Assembly (NCBI GenBank): GCA_963849325.1 | Contig: CAWKHF010000005.1 | Span: forward strand, 192,001 to 256,000 | Direction of reading: 5' to 3' | Source: an uncultured Planctomycetota bacterium | GTDB lineage: Bacteria; Planctomycetota; Planctomycetia; Gemmatales; Gemmataceae | DNA: 64,000 nucleotides | Shown here: piece after piece, positions 43,339-55,962 of the stretch | How positions within the stretch are numbered: the first letter of the stretch is position 1 | Layout of the letters: every line of letters starts with the position of its first letter | Notes under the pieces: model-generated | The model's database searches: none | What the model was told of the DNA's origin: nothing | Seen by the model: only the letters and a program-made list of their open reading frames with translations | Made by a program: the position numbers and the translations under genes

Positions 43339-43923
43339 ATGTCAGCCACGTCGGCGACGCTTCTGGAGCGGCTGCGCGATCGGGCGGACGCCGAAGCGTG
43401 GCAGCGCCTCGTCGAACTGTACACGCCGCTGTTGACCGGCTGGCTGCGCCGTCACGCCCTGCAACCCTCCGACGTGGACGATCTCGTGCAGGAAGTGCTC
43501 GCCGCCGTGGCGCGGGACATTGGACGGTTCGAGCACAATCGCCGGGTCGGAGCGTTTCGGCACTGGCTGCGCACCATTCTCGCCAACCGCCTGCGCGAGT
43601 TCTGGCGTGCGCAACGAGCCAGGCCGACGGCCACCGGCGAGAGCGATTTCGCCGACATTCTCGCTCAGCTCGAAGACTCCGGCAGCGGTCTCAGCCGGCT
43701 GTGGGACCGCGAACACGACGAACACGTCGTCCGCCGTCTGCTGGCGATGATCGAGCCGCAGTTCACGCCGTCCACCTGGCAGGCGTTCCGCCGTCTCGTC
43801 CTTGACGGAGAGCGGCCGGACGCTGTCGCCGCGGAACTCGGTCTGTCGGTCAACGCTGTCTTCATCGCCAAGTCGCGCGTGCTCCAGCGCCTCCGCCAGG
43901 AGGGACGCGACCTGCTCGACTGA
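43339..43923 (+). CDS. ECF sigma factor (kinase-associated type)
   Basis: TSATLLERLR..AWQRLVELYTPLL, DVDDLVQEV, GAFRHWLRTI, TWQAF, VFIAKSRVLQRLR. Confidence 0.92.
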   Translation: MSATSATLLERLRDRADAEAWQRLVELYTPLLTGWLRRHALQPSDVDDLVQEVLAAVARDIGRFEHNRRVGAFRHWLRTILANRLREFWRAQRARPTATGESDFADILAQLEDSGSGLSRLWDREHDEHVVRRLLAMIEPQFTPSTWQAFRRLVLDGERPDAVAAELGLSVNAVFIAKSRVLQRLRQEGRDLLD

Positions 43924-44017
43924 CATTTTTCTGAAAGAACCTCCGCACGTCTGTCCTTCTACAGAAGAGGGTCGGCGTTCGTCCGCCGCTTCTCTCATCG
44001 CGGAGGAGGAAGACGAT

Positions 44018-44359
44018 ATGATCGAACCGTGGTTTGATCCCAATCATTGGGCGTGGCTGCCGGGGACCGCTCTGGGATGTCTCGGCGGTCTGTGGGGAGG
44101 GCTGGCCGGTGTCCTCGTGCCGCTGCGGAGAGGACGGGTGTTGGTTTTCGGGCTGGGCCTGCTGCTGGTCGTGCTGGCGGCGGCGTCGGTGGTCGTGGGA
44201 TTGACGGCGTTGGTGAGCGGGCAGCCCTTTGGCGTGTGGTTCTTCCTGGTCGTGCCGATCCTGCCGTGCGCTGTGCTCCTCCTCGTCTTTCTTTGCCTGC
44301 TCCCGAAGCTCTATCGAAGGGCGGAAGAGGATCGTGCGGGGAACAGAGGTATATCTTAA
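44018..44359 (+). CDS. Small membrane protein (about 3 TM)
   Basis: SD ggaggagg; MIEPWFDP..LGCLGGLWGGLAG..GQPFGVWF. Confidence 0.75.
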   Translation: MIEPWFDPNHWAWLPGTALGCLGGLWGGLAGVLVPLRRGRVLVFGLGLLLVVLAAASVVVGLTALVSGQPFGVWFFLVVPILPCAVLLLVFLCLLPKLYRRAEEDRAGNRGIS

Positions 44360-44383
44360 TTTTCCTTGCGAGGAGACGGTCCC

Positions 44384-46258
44384 ATGAGTAACGGCAAGCT
44401 CGATCATCCCGACGCCGCGCGGTTGAACGCCTTCGGCCTGGGTCAGCTTGACCCCGCCGAGGCGGGCGAGGTCGAACGCCACGTGTCGGCCTGCACGGTT
44501 TGCTGCCAGACGCTCTGGTCGCTGCCCGACGATCAACTGGTGGAGCTGCTGCGACAATCCTTCCGTCGTCTGCCCGACGACGTGCATCCGCCGGACTCCG
44601 GAGCGACGGTCCTGCTGCCGGCCGAGTTGGCCGATCACTCGCGCTACCGCATCGTCGCGGTGCTGGGGCGCGGCGGTATGGGCGTCGTCTACAAGGCGGA
44701 GCATCGCCTCATGGAGCGGCCGGTCGCCTTGAAGGTGATCGACCGCGGCCTGACCGACAAGCCGGAGGTGGTCGAGCGCTTTCGCCGCGAGGTCAAGGCG
44801 GCAGCCCAGCTGACGCACCCCAACATCGTCCACGCCTACGACGCCGAGCAAGCCGGCGACAGTCATTTCCTGGTCATGGAGTTCGTGGAGGGAACGACAT
44901 TGGCCCGGCGGGTCGAGGAGAACGGGCCGCTGCCGATCCAGGAAGCCTGCGATTCCATCCGGCAGGCGGCCCTGGGTCTGCAACGCGCCTGGGAGCACGG
45001 CCTGGTCCACCGCGACATCAAACCGCACAATTTGATGCTCACTCCGCAAGGCGTGGTCAAGGTGCTCGATTTCGGCCTGGCCCGGTTGGCGGGAGAGTCC
45101 CGGCCGTCCCTTCCCTCGCCGGCAGATGCGGCCGCTCCCGCCGGGCACCTGCTGACGCAGATGGGCATGGTCATGGGCACGGCCGATTACATGGCCCCGG
45201 AACAGGCGACCGACCCGCACGCCGCCGACATCCGCGCCGATGTCTACAGTCTCGGCTGCACGCTGTACTATCTGCTGACCGGCCGACCGCCGTTCCCGGA
45301 GGGCACCATCCTCGACAAACTGCTGGCGCACGGTCAACGTACTCCCGCGCCGCCGTCCGGCGTTCCCGCCGCCCTGGTCCGCGTCCTCGAACGGATGATG
45401 GCCAAGGAGCCGGCCCACCGCTATCAGACGCCGGCGGAAGTGGCCGAGGCGCTGCGGCCCTTCACCGCCGCCGCGCCGCGCCGTCGCTGGGCCTGGCCGT
45501 GGCGCTGGGCGGCCGCGCTGCTGGTCGCCGGCGTCGTGGCCATCGCCGCTGCCGTCATTACCGTGCAGATCGACAAGGGAGAATTCGTCATCGAAACCGA
45601 CAGCAACGACGTTGCCGTCCGGATCGACAAGGAAGGCGTGAAGGTCCACGATCGCGGCTCCAACCGCGAATATCTGCTGAAGCATGGCAGGCATCGTCTG
45701 CCGTCGGGCGAATACGAGATCGACGTTTCCGAACTGCCCGCCGGGATCGAGATGAGCGGCACCACCTTCCGGCTGAAGCGCGGCGAGACCACGATTGTCA
45801 CCGCGCGCGTCCGAGCGCCGGCGCGCATTCTCAAACGATTTGGCCCCGACGAGAAACTTATCAGCATGGACGACGTCACGGCGGAGGAGGGCGGGTGGCG
45901 CATCAAGGCCATTGCACCCCGCAGCGTCGGTCTCTACGAATTTGTCGTTCCCGAGGGGAACCTGGACGATTGCCGCGTGTTTTTCGAGGCGAAGATGAAG
46001 TCGGAGAAGCTCAAGGGGAAAGCGTACCTGGAGATGTGGTGCCACTTCCCGGAGCAGGGCGAGTCCTTCTCGAAAGGGATCGAGAACCCGGTGAGCGGAA
46101 CGACAAACTGGGCGTCCTACGAAACGCCGTTCTTCCTCCAGAAAGGGGAGCGGCCGGATCGGATCAAACTGAGGGTGATGATCGAGGGCACCGGCACGCT
46201 CTGGATCAAGGACATCGCCTTGCTCAAAGGCCCCTTCCCTGCCGAGATGCGGAAGTAG
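44384..46258 (+). CDS. Ser/Thr kinase with N-terminal zf-HC2, TM and extracytoplasmic domain
   Basis: HVSACTVC; LGRGGMGVVY, VALK, HRDIKPHN, DFGLA, GTADYMAPEQ. Confidence 0.95.
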   Translation: MSNGKLDHPDAARLNAFGLGQLDPAEAGEVERHVSACTVCCQTLWSLPDDQLVELLRQSFRRLPDDVHPPDSGATVLLPAELADHSRYRIVAVLGRGGMGVVYKAEHRLMERPVALKVIDRGLTDKPEVVERFRREVKAAAQLTHPNIVHAYDAEQAGDSHFLVMEFVEGTTLARRVEENGPLPIQEACDSIRQAALGLQRAWEHGLVHRDIKPHNLMLTPQGVVKVLDFGLARLAGESRPSLPSPADAAAPAGHLLTQMGMVMGTADYMAPEQATDPHAADIRADVYSLGCTLYYLLTGRPPFPEGTILDKLLAHGQRTPAPPSGVPAALVRVLERMMAKEPAHRYQTPAEVAEALRPFTAAAPRRRWAWPWRWAAALLVAGVVAIAAAVITVQIDKGEFVIETDSNDVAVRIDKEGVKVHDRGSNREYLLKHGRHRLPSGEYEIDVSELPAGIEMSGTTFRLKRGETTIVTARVRAPARILKRFGPDEKLISMDDVTAEEGGWRIKAIAPRSVGLYEFVVPEGNLDDCRVFFEAKMKSEKLKGKAYLEMWCHFPEQGESFSKGIENPVSGTTNWASYETPFFLQKGERPDRIKLRVMIEGTGTLWIKDIALLKGPFPAEMRK

Positions 46259-46389
46259 CGAGCGCCTTGAGTTCCGCCAAGGGTTGGAGCGTGCCGGACG
46301 CACCGAGGACAGCGGCGTCGGTCGCTCCTTCCGCCGCCGGCGCGGGACGCCGGATGGACAGGGCGAAGCGGTGGGGTACAGTCCAAGCA

Positions 46390-46444
46390 GAGCCGCGACC
46401 GTAAGGGAGCGGGAGAACGCACCGCTCCCTTACGGTCGCGGCTC
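46390..46444. repeat. REP-like hairpin family G
   Basis: gagccgcgaccgtaagggagcgg ... ccgctcccttacggtcgcggctc. Confidence 0.8.
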
Positions 46445-46459
46445 CGACAAGGAGTTTGG

Positions 46460-47378
46460 ATGTCGCCGTCCGCCGTTCTGCTGCGCGCCCTCACCCTGGT
46501 CGCCGGTGCGTCGCTCCTCGGTTGCGCCTCCACTCACCCCCGGCCGACCGACCGCACTTCTCCCCCCGCACCAATCCCCGTCCGCGAAAAGCTCGACGTG
46601 GTCTACGGCAAGGGCGGACTCGGAAACATGATGCTCGACCTGTACGCGCCAAAGGATCCGCCCGGCCCACTGCCGGCGATCGTCCTGCTCCACGGCGGCG
46701 GCTGGTGTCAAGGCTCCCGGCAGGGTCTGCGCAATACCGCTCACACCTTCGCGGAACACGGCTACGTCGCCGTCACGGTCGATTATCGGCTGGCCCCCAG
46801 CCACAAGTTCCCGGCCCAGATCGAAGACGCCAAGTGCGCCGTGCGCTGGCTGCGCGCGCAACGCGCGCCGCTATCACGTCGATCCCGAGCGCATCGGGGC
46901 CGTCGGTGTCTCGGCTGGAGCACACCTGGCCCTCCTTCTGGGCCTGACGGAGGCGAAGGACGGCTTGGAGGGACAGGGCGGCCACGCCGAGCAGTCCAGC
47001 AGGGTACAGGCCGTGGTCAACGTGATGGGTCCGACCGACCTGGCTCGTCCCGGTTGGCCGGCGGAGACGGAGAAACTGATCGCCGATGTGCTGGGCGGCG
47101 GCCGGGACAAGTTCCCCGCCGCTTATGTGGCGGCCTCGCCGCTGACCTACGTTCGCCCCGGAGCGCCGCCGGTGCTGACCATCCACGGCACGGCGGACCA
47201 CCTGGTCCCTTACGAGCAGGCCCAACTGCTGGACGCAGCGCTGCGCCAGGCGGGTTCGATTTCATTGCTGGAGACGATGACGAACAAGGGACACGGCCTC
47301 GGCTGGACCCCCGACGATCTGCAACACACCACCTCGATCATCTTCGAGTTCACGGATCGGCAGCTCAAGCAGCGCTGA
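46460..47378 (+). CDS. Alpha/beta hydrolase (HSL/BD-FAE-like) lipoprotein (frameshifted)
   Basis: LLGC lipobox, HGGGW, DYRLAP, GVSAGAHLA, IHGTADHLVP, GHG. Confidence 0.9.
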
Positions 47379-47393
47379 CGCTGCACCAGGGCT

Positions 47394-49877
47394 TTAGCCC
47401 TTGGCTCCGCAAGTGTGGAGAAGAGAGATCGAGAAAGACGCCGCATAGAGCATCAAGGCGATCCAGTACAGCGACGACAAGCCGAAGTACATGGAATTGT
47501 ATTCCAGCAGCCCGCCGCAAATGGCGCCGACCAGGTTGGCCGCCATCGCCCCGGAGACGTCCTGGCTCCGTTGGAGCAAGGACGAGAAGACCAGGCCCGA
47601 AAAAAACAGGGGACAGGTCAGCACGGCCACGGCGCCGAGCCGGCCCGCTGGCGTCGGCGCGAAGCCGGCCTTGGTGACGAACAGCCCCAGGAGCAGGCTG
47701 GCCGACAGCAGCAGGTAGGTCGGGACGAGGCTGTTCCAGCGCATCCATCCCACCAGCGCATTGGCGAGGAACGCCATGACCAGAATGCTGGCCAGGACGA
47801 TGCTGAGGACCTGCCAGGTGTTGCCGAACGTCAAGCCCAGCTCGGTGATGCCCTTGGTCTCGACGAGCATGAAGCCGGCGCCCAGGAAGAAAAAATCGCC
47901 TCGGCCCCACGGCGTTTGGCCCTGGAAAAAGGGCCAGACCAGGACGACGGAAACGACAAGGAGGATGCCGAGGACGAGGACATACGAGGTCGGATAGACG
48001 CGGCGGGGCATGTAAAAGAACGGCCAATCGTCGGTCGAGACGTCGGCGTGCAGAGTGGGGTCGGCGAAGGACGCGGCCGCGTCCTCCAGCTCGCCGCCGC
48101 CGAGAAGACCGGCCGGCAACTCGACGGCCCCACCCTGGCGCTGGAGGAAGACGACGGCGCCATCGTAGTGGCCGCGCACGCACGCCGGCGCTTGGCCGTC
48201 GAAGGCTTCCTGAAGCATCCGGTAGATCTTACGGCCCTGCTCCGGCGCCAGCACGGTAAAGGCCAGGCTCAACGTCCCGTCCGGGGCCAATCGCCGCCGC
48301 GCCTCGCGGAACGCCTCCACCGTGTAGACGAAGGAATCGAGGCGCACGTTCGTCCCCGGCCCGAGCAGCGTGTGCGAATCGAGCAGGCCATACACTATCA
48401 GGTCGTAACTATCGCGGCCGCGGCGCAGGAACGAGCGGGCATCCTCGACGATGGCCCGAACGCGCGGGTCCTGGTACGGCCGGTGCGGGTGATAAGCGAT
48501 GCCGATGTCCAGGATGGCCGGGTCGATCTCGATGGCGTCCACCTGGCTCGCCCCCATTCGCAGGGCCATCGCCGCGTCGTTGCCGGTGCCCGCCCCGACG
48601 ACGGCCACCCGGCCGGGATGACCGTGGACCTGGTACGGCAGCGCATAATAGGCGACGCTGGCGTGCAGGGCCGGGTCGCGCAGGGCGGCGTCGAAATCGA
48701 GGATGCGCTGATAGTAGTGGCCGGCCGCCCGGATGGTGCATAGTCCGCGCTCGCCCGGGCCGCGCTCGATCAGCTGATAAGGCGAGTACACCTGCTCCCA
48801 CAGAAACGTCGTCGGCCAGGCCAGGGCCAGTAGTCCGAGCAGGCAGCCGGCGCCGCCAAAGAGCAGCAGGCGGCGATGGAACGCCTGGAAGGCGAGCATG
48901 GCCGCGAAACACAGGCCGAGCCAGATCAGCGGCGGCGTCCGCGCGGCACTCAGGCCGTGCATCAGTACGACGCCGCCGAGACTGCCGAGCAAGTTCAGCC
49001 CATAAGCCCGCAGCTTGGGACGCCGATTCATCAGGCAGCCGCACAGCTGCCCGATGGGAACAAAAGCCAGGGCGGTGAGGACGAACACGACGACCAGCAG
49101 CAGCATCACCGAGGCATACTGGGAGCTGCGGACGTGCCCCAGTCCCATGTGGAACTGCTCCGCGAACGGCGTGGCCCGCAGCAGGCCGGTGTTCCAGCCC
49201 GGCGGCCCGTAGCGCGTTATCGTGAGCAGCACGATTTGCCACGATAGCAGCGGCACGGACATCAACAGGGGGATGTGCGAACGATTCGCCAGGGCGTAGC
49301 CGAGGCCGAGACCGAGGAAGCAGGCGAGCAGAGTGAAGTTCTTGTAGAAGGCGAACAGCTCAAAGATGGCGCCCTGCCAGCGGATGACGGCCAGCTCCAG
49401 GACCAGGCTCAGTCCGGCGGAGAGCACAATGCAGCCGTCGATCCAGCGCGGAGAGAACGTGTCCAGGTAATTGCGCTGTCGGGCCGACAAGCCGTCAATC
49501 GTTCGAGCGAACCGTCGCGGCAGGTAAATGGCGGCGACGACGGCGAGTCCCACGAGGGCCGTGACGCTGACAAACTTCAGGGCCAGCACGCCCCATCCAC
49601 CCGCCGCGTAAGGAGAGTGTTTTCGGGTGCAGTTGGAAACCAACAGGAGAAGGGGAATCAGACTGCTGAGCGCGACACTGCGCGGAGGAAAAAAAGATAC
49701 GGCCCGAGTACGCCCCCGCCGGCGCCTCGGGCGTCTTCGTCGATCCTGCCCTTCACGAGAACATCCTCCCTGACGTTTCACCGACCCTCCAAACGGCGAG
49801 CGGCTTGGCGTAGTGTCGCAAATCGGGCCAGAGTGTGCCAGAGCAGAGAGAAAGCGACGAGCGCTATCTCGAAGCAA
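47394..49877 (-). CDS. Multi-TM spermidine-synthase-like SAM-dependent protein (start uncertain)
   Basis: AYGLNLLGS, YSPYQ, VVGAGTGND, AIEIDP, EDARSFL, STDDWPFFY, FFLGAGFMLVETK. Confidence 0.85.
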   Translation of the reverse strand: MLRDSARRFLSALAHSGPICDTTPSRSPFGGSVKRQGGCSREGQDRRRRPRRRRGRTRAVSFFPPRSVALSSLIPLLLLVSNCTRKHSPYAAGGWGVLALKFVSVTALVGLAVVAAIYLPRRFARTIDGLSARQRNYLDTFSPRWIDGCIVLSAGLSLVLELAVIRWQGAIFELFAFYKNFTLLACFLGLGLGYALANRSHIPLLMSVPLLSWQIVLLTITRYGPPGWNTGLLRATPFAEQFHMGLGHVRSSQYASVMLLLVVVFVLTALAFVPIGQLCGCLMNRRPKLRAYGLNLLGSLGGVVLMHGLSAARTPPLIWLGLCFAAMLAFQAFHRRLLLFGGAGCLLGLLALAWPTTFLWEQVYSPYQLIERGPGERGLCTIRAAGHYYQRILDFDAALRDPALHASVAYYALPYQVHGHPGRVAVVGAGTGNDAAMALRMGASQVDAIEIDPAILDIGIAYHPHRPYQDPRVRAIVEDARSFLRRGRDSYDLIVYGLLDSHTLLGPGTNVRLDSFVYTVEAFREARRRLAPDGTLSLAFTVLAPEQGRKIYRMLQEAFDGQAPACVRGHYDGAVVFLQRQGGAVELPAGLLGGGELEDAAASFADPTLHADVSTDDWPFFYMPRRVYPTSYVLVLGILLVVSVVLVWPFFQGQTPWGRGDFFFLGAGFMLVETKGITELGLTFGNTWQVLSIVLASILVMAFLANALVGWMRWNSLVPTYLLLSASLLLGLFVTKAGFAPTPAGRLGAVAVLTCPLFFSGLVFSSLLQRSQDVSGAMAANLVGAICGGLLEYNSMYFGLSSLYWIALMLYAASFSISLLHTCGAKG

Positions 49878-49940
49878 GCCCGGAGCGCTAGCGACGGGTT
49901 AGGGTTAGGTAGATTAGAGATACTTAGGAAGGGACATCAG

Positions 49941-50014
49941 TGGACAGGGTCGGATTCGAACCGACGACCTACGCCTTTTCAGGGCGCCGCTCATACCAGC
50001 TGAGCTACCTGTCC
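49941..50014 (-). tRNA. tRNA-Phe(GAA)
   Basis: GGACAGG acceptor, TAGCTCAG D arm, anticodon loop CTGAAAA, GGTTCGAATCC. Confidence 0.93.
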
Positions 50015-50110
50015 TCGCCAACACATAGAATAGGCAAATTCACTGGAGTCGTCAACGCTCTCGACCGGGACGTTCCGCGCGGGAGCGTGGATTGTGGAAG
50101 TGCGTTGTCT

Positions 50111-50274
50111 TTTTCGTTAGCCCAGCCCTTCAGGGCTGGGAAAGTCGGCGAATGAGGAGGGGTTTTGGGGCTTTAGCCCCTCCGCCGCCTCGGACAGGCA
50201 TGGGGAGGGCCTAAAGGCCCGACGCTCCTCCCAATCCGCGCCCTTCCCAGCCCTGAAGGGCTGGGCTAACGAAA
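50111..50274. repeat. ~165-bp nested inverted-repeat element downstream of glmS
   Basis: tttcgttagcccagcccttcagggctgggaa ... ttcccagccctgaagggctgggctaacgaaa with internal hairpins. Confidence 0.8.
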
Positions 50275-50313
50275 CAACACCAGAAACGATTCACGCACCC
50301 CCGCACGCGAGAC

Positions 50314-52162
<1,849 letters not shown>

Positions 52163-52373
52163 GCCTGTTCCTCCGTGAACGGCGACGATCGAGGTCTTCC
52201 GTGACGGACGCCGAAGTTCCCGAGTTTACCGGGACGCCCCCCGTCTCACAAGACCACCTCCCGCATGAGGTCGTTCCCTCTCGACGAAGCCGGGATGAAC
52301 TTTTGTCCGTAGCCGCCGGCTCGCTAAAATACGTGCTGGAGTGCGAATAGGCCCCTTTCTCGGAGTTCCCCTC

Positions 52374-54033
52374 ATGCGCCGCATCCGTTGCCCCGCTTGC
52401 GAGCGGACCCTGAAGGTGTCCGAAGACAACGACCGCGCCACCGTCTGTTGCGCCGCGTGCGGTCACCAGATTGTCCTCGACGAGCCAGACGAAGAAGCCG
52501 AGCAAGAGCGGCGCCGCTCTTCCTCGAAGAAGGGCCCTTCCCCGCGTGCCGCGCAGGACTGGGTCGGGAGGTCTTTTCGGAAAGATTTATGGCCAGATCG
52601 TCGAGGTCGAAACGGGGACCGTTATTCCCCGCTCCACGGGGAAAATCGCGCTGGTGATGGCGTCGTTGGGGATCGCGGTCGTGACCGGCTTGTTCAGTGC
52701 CGTCGGCGGCGGCTGGGCCGTGCTCGCCGGCCTGGGGTTTTTCAAGAACAACCAGAACCCGGTCCTGGTCGTGGCGGCGGGGGTCGTTGTTTTTCTGCTG
52801 GGCCTGTTCCTGCTGCTTCTGGGAGGGTACTACTTCACCTTTTACATCGTGCGGCTGCGCCACAAGGAGCGCGTCATCATTGGCCGAAAATACCTGCAAA
52901 GCCTTTTCGACGAGGCCAAGGCCAACATGCAGCTCCCCTTCGACAACATCGCGGCCATTCGCCTGGGCACGAAAGTGGAGGGCGACAACAAGTATCAATA
53001 CATCGGCATCGATCTGCTCGACCTCCAGCGCGAAGACACGATTCTCAGCCCGGCCGGTCACCAGTCGTTTCGCAAAGATTTCGACGCGGATGCGGTCCTC
53101 TTCGATGAGTACGTGTTGCCCATCGAGACGTTCTACCACAAGCTCGTGGCGCGCTGGCGAAAGGTTGCCGGGGTGGACGCCGAGGCCGCGGCCGGGACGG
53201 CGCGGCGGCGCCGACAATCCCGCGACGAGGACGAGGACGATCGAGACGTGGATTATACGGGTTATCGTCCGCCCCTGAAGCGATCCACGCGGATCGTGCT
53301 CGGTCTGATGGCCGGGGGGATGGTGCTTCTGACCGTGCTGGTCGGCCTGGCCTGGGTGGCGAAGCAGAGGAACATGGTCCCGCCGCGGGCGAACGTCAAC
53401 GGAAACCCCGTGCCCCCGAACCCGAACGAACCGCAGACGACCCTTCCTCCCCGGATTACCGGCGACGCCGCCCTGGACAAAACGCTTGCGGACATCAACA
53501 GCAACAACCCGTTTGTCCGTCAGACCGCCCTCACCAGCCTGGCCCAGATGCCGCCCAACGAACACCGGCCGCTGGTCGCGGCGAAATTGGCCGTTTTGGC
53601 CGACAGTCCGGACGCCAACACGCGCCAGGCCGTCCTGCCGGCGCTGGGCACGTGGGCAACGCCGGCGGAGGTGCCGATCCTGATCAAGACCCTCAACGAC
53701 CCCAACCCGTTCGTGCGCGAGGAAGCGCTCAAAGTTGTCGGCCCATTCAAGGACGAGCGTGCCTTGGCGCCGGTGATGCGTTGTTTTCGCAACCTTTCCA
53801 CGCGCGATCCGGCCAGCAAGGCCTTGCGGGAGATGGGGCCGATGGCGGAGAAAGATGTGCTGGCGCTGCTGCGCGACCGGGACGTGCTACTGCGGCAGGC
53901 CGCCATCAAGGTCCTCAAGGACGTTGGCACCCCGCGAAGCGTGCCGGCCCTGGAACAGGCGGCGGCCGACGCCTTCCTGCGGCCATCGGCCCGCGAAGCG
54001 CTGGCGGCCATCGCTGCCCGGAACAAGCCGTAA
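52374..54033 (+). CDS. Zinc-ribbon + TM + HEAT-repeat protein (frameshifted near 5' end)
   Basis: CPACERTL..CAACG; TM helices; repeats DPNPFVREEALKVVG, DRDVLLRQAAIKVL. Confidence 0.8.
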
Positions 54034-54172
54034 GGATGCGCCGCGGGCGGCGGTACGGCAGAGAATGGGTTGGCGCCGCGAATTCTCCTCAAGTCCCTCG
54101 GCGGAAAATCCGAAAGAATCGTTAGGTCTTCACCAGGTCTCCCTTTCGGAAAAGTTCGCAGGAGGACACGGC

Positions 54173-54763
54173 GTGTCATCCCCCGGGACCATCCCGATCG
54201 CGGGCCATCCCTTGTCCCGCTGGCTGATAAACGCCGGAGCAGGAGTGGGTGCGCTGCTGCTGGGATTGCTCACGGGAGAGGTGATGGCTTCGGTTTCCTT
54301 GCGGGCCTTGCGCTCGCCGGCGGTCGTGCGGGTCTGGTCGGCCGTGCCGCGATGGGCCGAGTCCGTGGATTTCGGGACGATGGAACAGAAGTTGGCGGGT
54401 GGGACCGTCATCCTCGTCGCTGGCAATTCCGTCATCGTCCTGGGATTCGCCATCCTTTTGTTCCGCCGCCGTCGCGCGAAACCAGGAGGGACCGACAAGG
54501 GGGGCGAACGCGCTCGGCCGATGGAAGTCGGCCCCCAACAACCTTGTGCTCCTCCGGCTCGGGCCGTCGTGTTGACCGGCCGGGAGTGGAGTCCGCCCTT
54601 GGAGGCCGCCGAGCGTCCGCCCGAGCCGGTTCGCCCCCAAGAGAAAAACGATGCGATGCTTCGACAGATTTTCGAGCAGAATCGGTTGCTGAGGGAACAA
54701 TTCGTCCGCCGAAACCCCCAGCCCACGGGAGCCCGTAAGTCGGGTGTGGCGGTCAGACCGTGA
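54173..54763 (+). CDS. Membrane protein upstream of MamK-like actin
   Basis: SD aggagg + GTG; two hydrophobic segments, RRRR stop-transfer, Pro linker, MLRQIFEQNRLLREQ helix. Confidence 0.6.
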   Translation: MSSPGTIPIAGHPLSRWLINAGAGVGALLLGLLTGEVMASVSLRALRSPAVVRVWSAVPRWAESVDFGTMEQKLAGGTVILVAGNSVIVLGFAILLFRRRRAKPGGTDKGGERARPMEVGPQQPCAPPARAVVLTGREWSPPLEAAERPPEPVRPQEKNDAMLRQIFEQNRLLREQFVRRNPQPTGARKSGVAVRP

Positions 54764-54783
54764 ATGCCAGGGGAGGACGTGAA

Positions 54784-55866
54784 ATGAGCAAGGAAATCGT
54801 GTTTGTCGGCATGGACCTGGGGGCGTTCAAAACGTCCATCACCTCCTCGAACGGGGCGCGCGAAGTCGTCTATACCGCCGTCGGCTGGCCGCGCGATCAG
54901 GTGGCCCGCAACCTGCTGGGCCGCGACGTGGTTTTCGGCGCGGAGATCGTCGAGCATCGCTTGGCCTTGAACGTGGTCCGTCCCTTCCAGAAGGGGCTGC
55001 TGAAGTACCTCGGCCACGTCGAGGCGGGCGTGCCCGAGGCGGAAGTGGAGAGACACCGGGAGGCGGCGCGGCTGATCGTGTCGCACGCTATGTCGCTGGC
55101 CAATCCGCCGGCCGGCGCCGCCATCTACGGCGTCATCGGCGCTCCCGCTCGGGCCAGTACGGCCAACAAGCAGTACCTCGTCGAGGCGGCGCGAGGGGCC
55201 TTCAACGCCGTCGCGGTCGTGTCCGAACCGTTCGCGGTGGCCTACGGCATGAACAGCCTCACCGATACGCTGGTGGTGGACATCGGGGCCGGCACCGTGG
55301 ATCTGTGCCCGATGTGCGGCGCCTACCCCGCCGACGAGGACCAGCTCACCCTGCCGGTGGGCGGCGACTACATCGACGAGGAGTTCCTGGATCGTCTGCA
55401 ACAGGTCTATCCCGATGTCCAGCTCAACGCCAAAATGGCCCGCGAGATCAAGGAGAAGTACGGCTTCGTTCACAACGTCGCCGACAAGGTGATGGTCGCC
55501 CTTCCGGTCAACGGCAAGATGAAAGAGCTGAACATCACTACGCCGCTGAAGGAGGCGTGTCAGAAGATGGCCCGCCCCGTGGTAACGGGCATTCAAACGC
55601 TGATCGCCCGCTACGACCCGGAGTACCAGGAGCGCTTGCTCAAGAACATTTTGCTCTGCGGCGGCGGCAGCCAGTTGAGGGGCTTCGACCTCTATCTGGA
55701 AGAGGGCTTGAAGGAATACGGAAGGGTCCGCGTCCATCGGGCTCCGGACTGCGTCTTCGCCGGGGCCTTCGGCGCCCTCAAGCTGGCGCGAAGCATGCGC
55801 AAGGAATACTGGGACGAGATGCGCAGCCGCGACACGCCTCGGGAGACGATGCGGGCCGCTGCCTGA
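54784..55866 (+). CDS. MamK-like bacterial actin
   Basis: GMDLG, VIGAPARASTANK, VVSEPFAVAYG, VVDIGAGTVDLC..PADEDQLTL, IKEKYGFV, DPEYQ..NILLCGGGSQ, GALKLA..YW. Confidence 0.88.
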   Translation: MSKEIVFVGMDLGAFKTSITSSNGAREVVYTAVGWPRDQVARNLLGRDVVFGAEIVEHRLALNVVRPFQKGLLKYLGHVEAGVPEAEVERHREAARLIVSHAMSLANPPAGAAIYGVIGAPARASTANKQYLVEAARGAFNAVAVVSEPFAVAYGMNSLTDTLVVDIGAGTVDLCPMCGAYPADEDQLTLPVGGDYIDEEFLDRLQQVYPDVQLNAKMAREIKEKYGFVHNVADKVMVALPVNGKMKELNITTPLKEACQKMARPVVTGIQTLIARYDPEYQERLLKNILLCGGGSQLRGFDLYLEEGLKEYGRVRVHRAPDCVFAGAFGALKLARSMRKEYWDEMRSRDTPRETMRAAA

Positions 55867-55891
55867 GACCGCATCCACGCGGAGTAGAGAG

Positions 55892-55962
55892 CTACCCCGC
55901 CTGGACTCGAACCAGGAAATGCAGAGCCAAAATCTGCTGTGTTACCATTACACCACGGGGTA
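55892..55962 (-). tRNA. tRNA-Gln(TTG)
   Basis: TACCCCG TGGTGTAATGGTAACAC, anticodon arm gcaga-TTTTGGC-tctgc, GGTTCGAGTCC. Confidence 0.93.

Noticed and set aside
52163-52370. glmS ribozyme in the glmS leader
   Set aside because: Could not find the conserved core; an Rfam scan would be decisive
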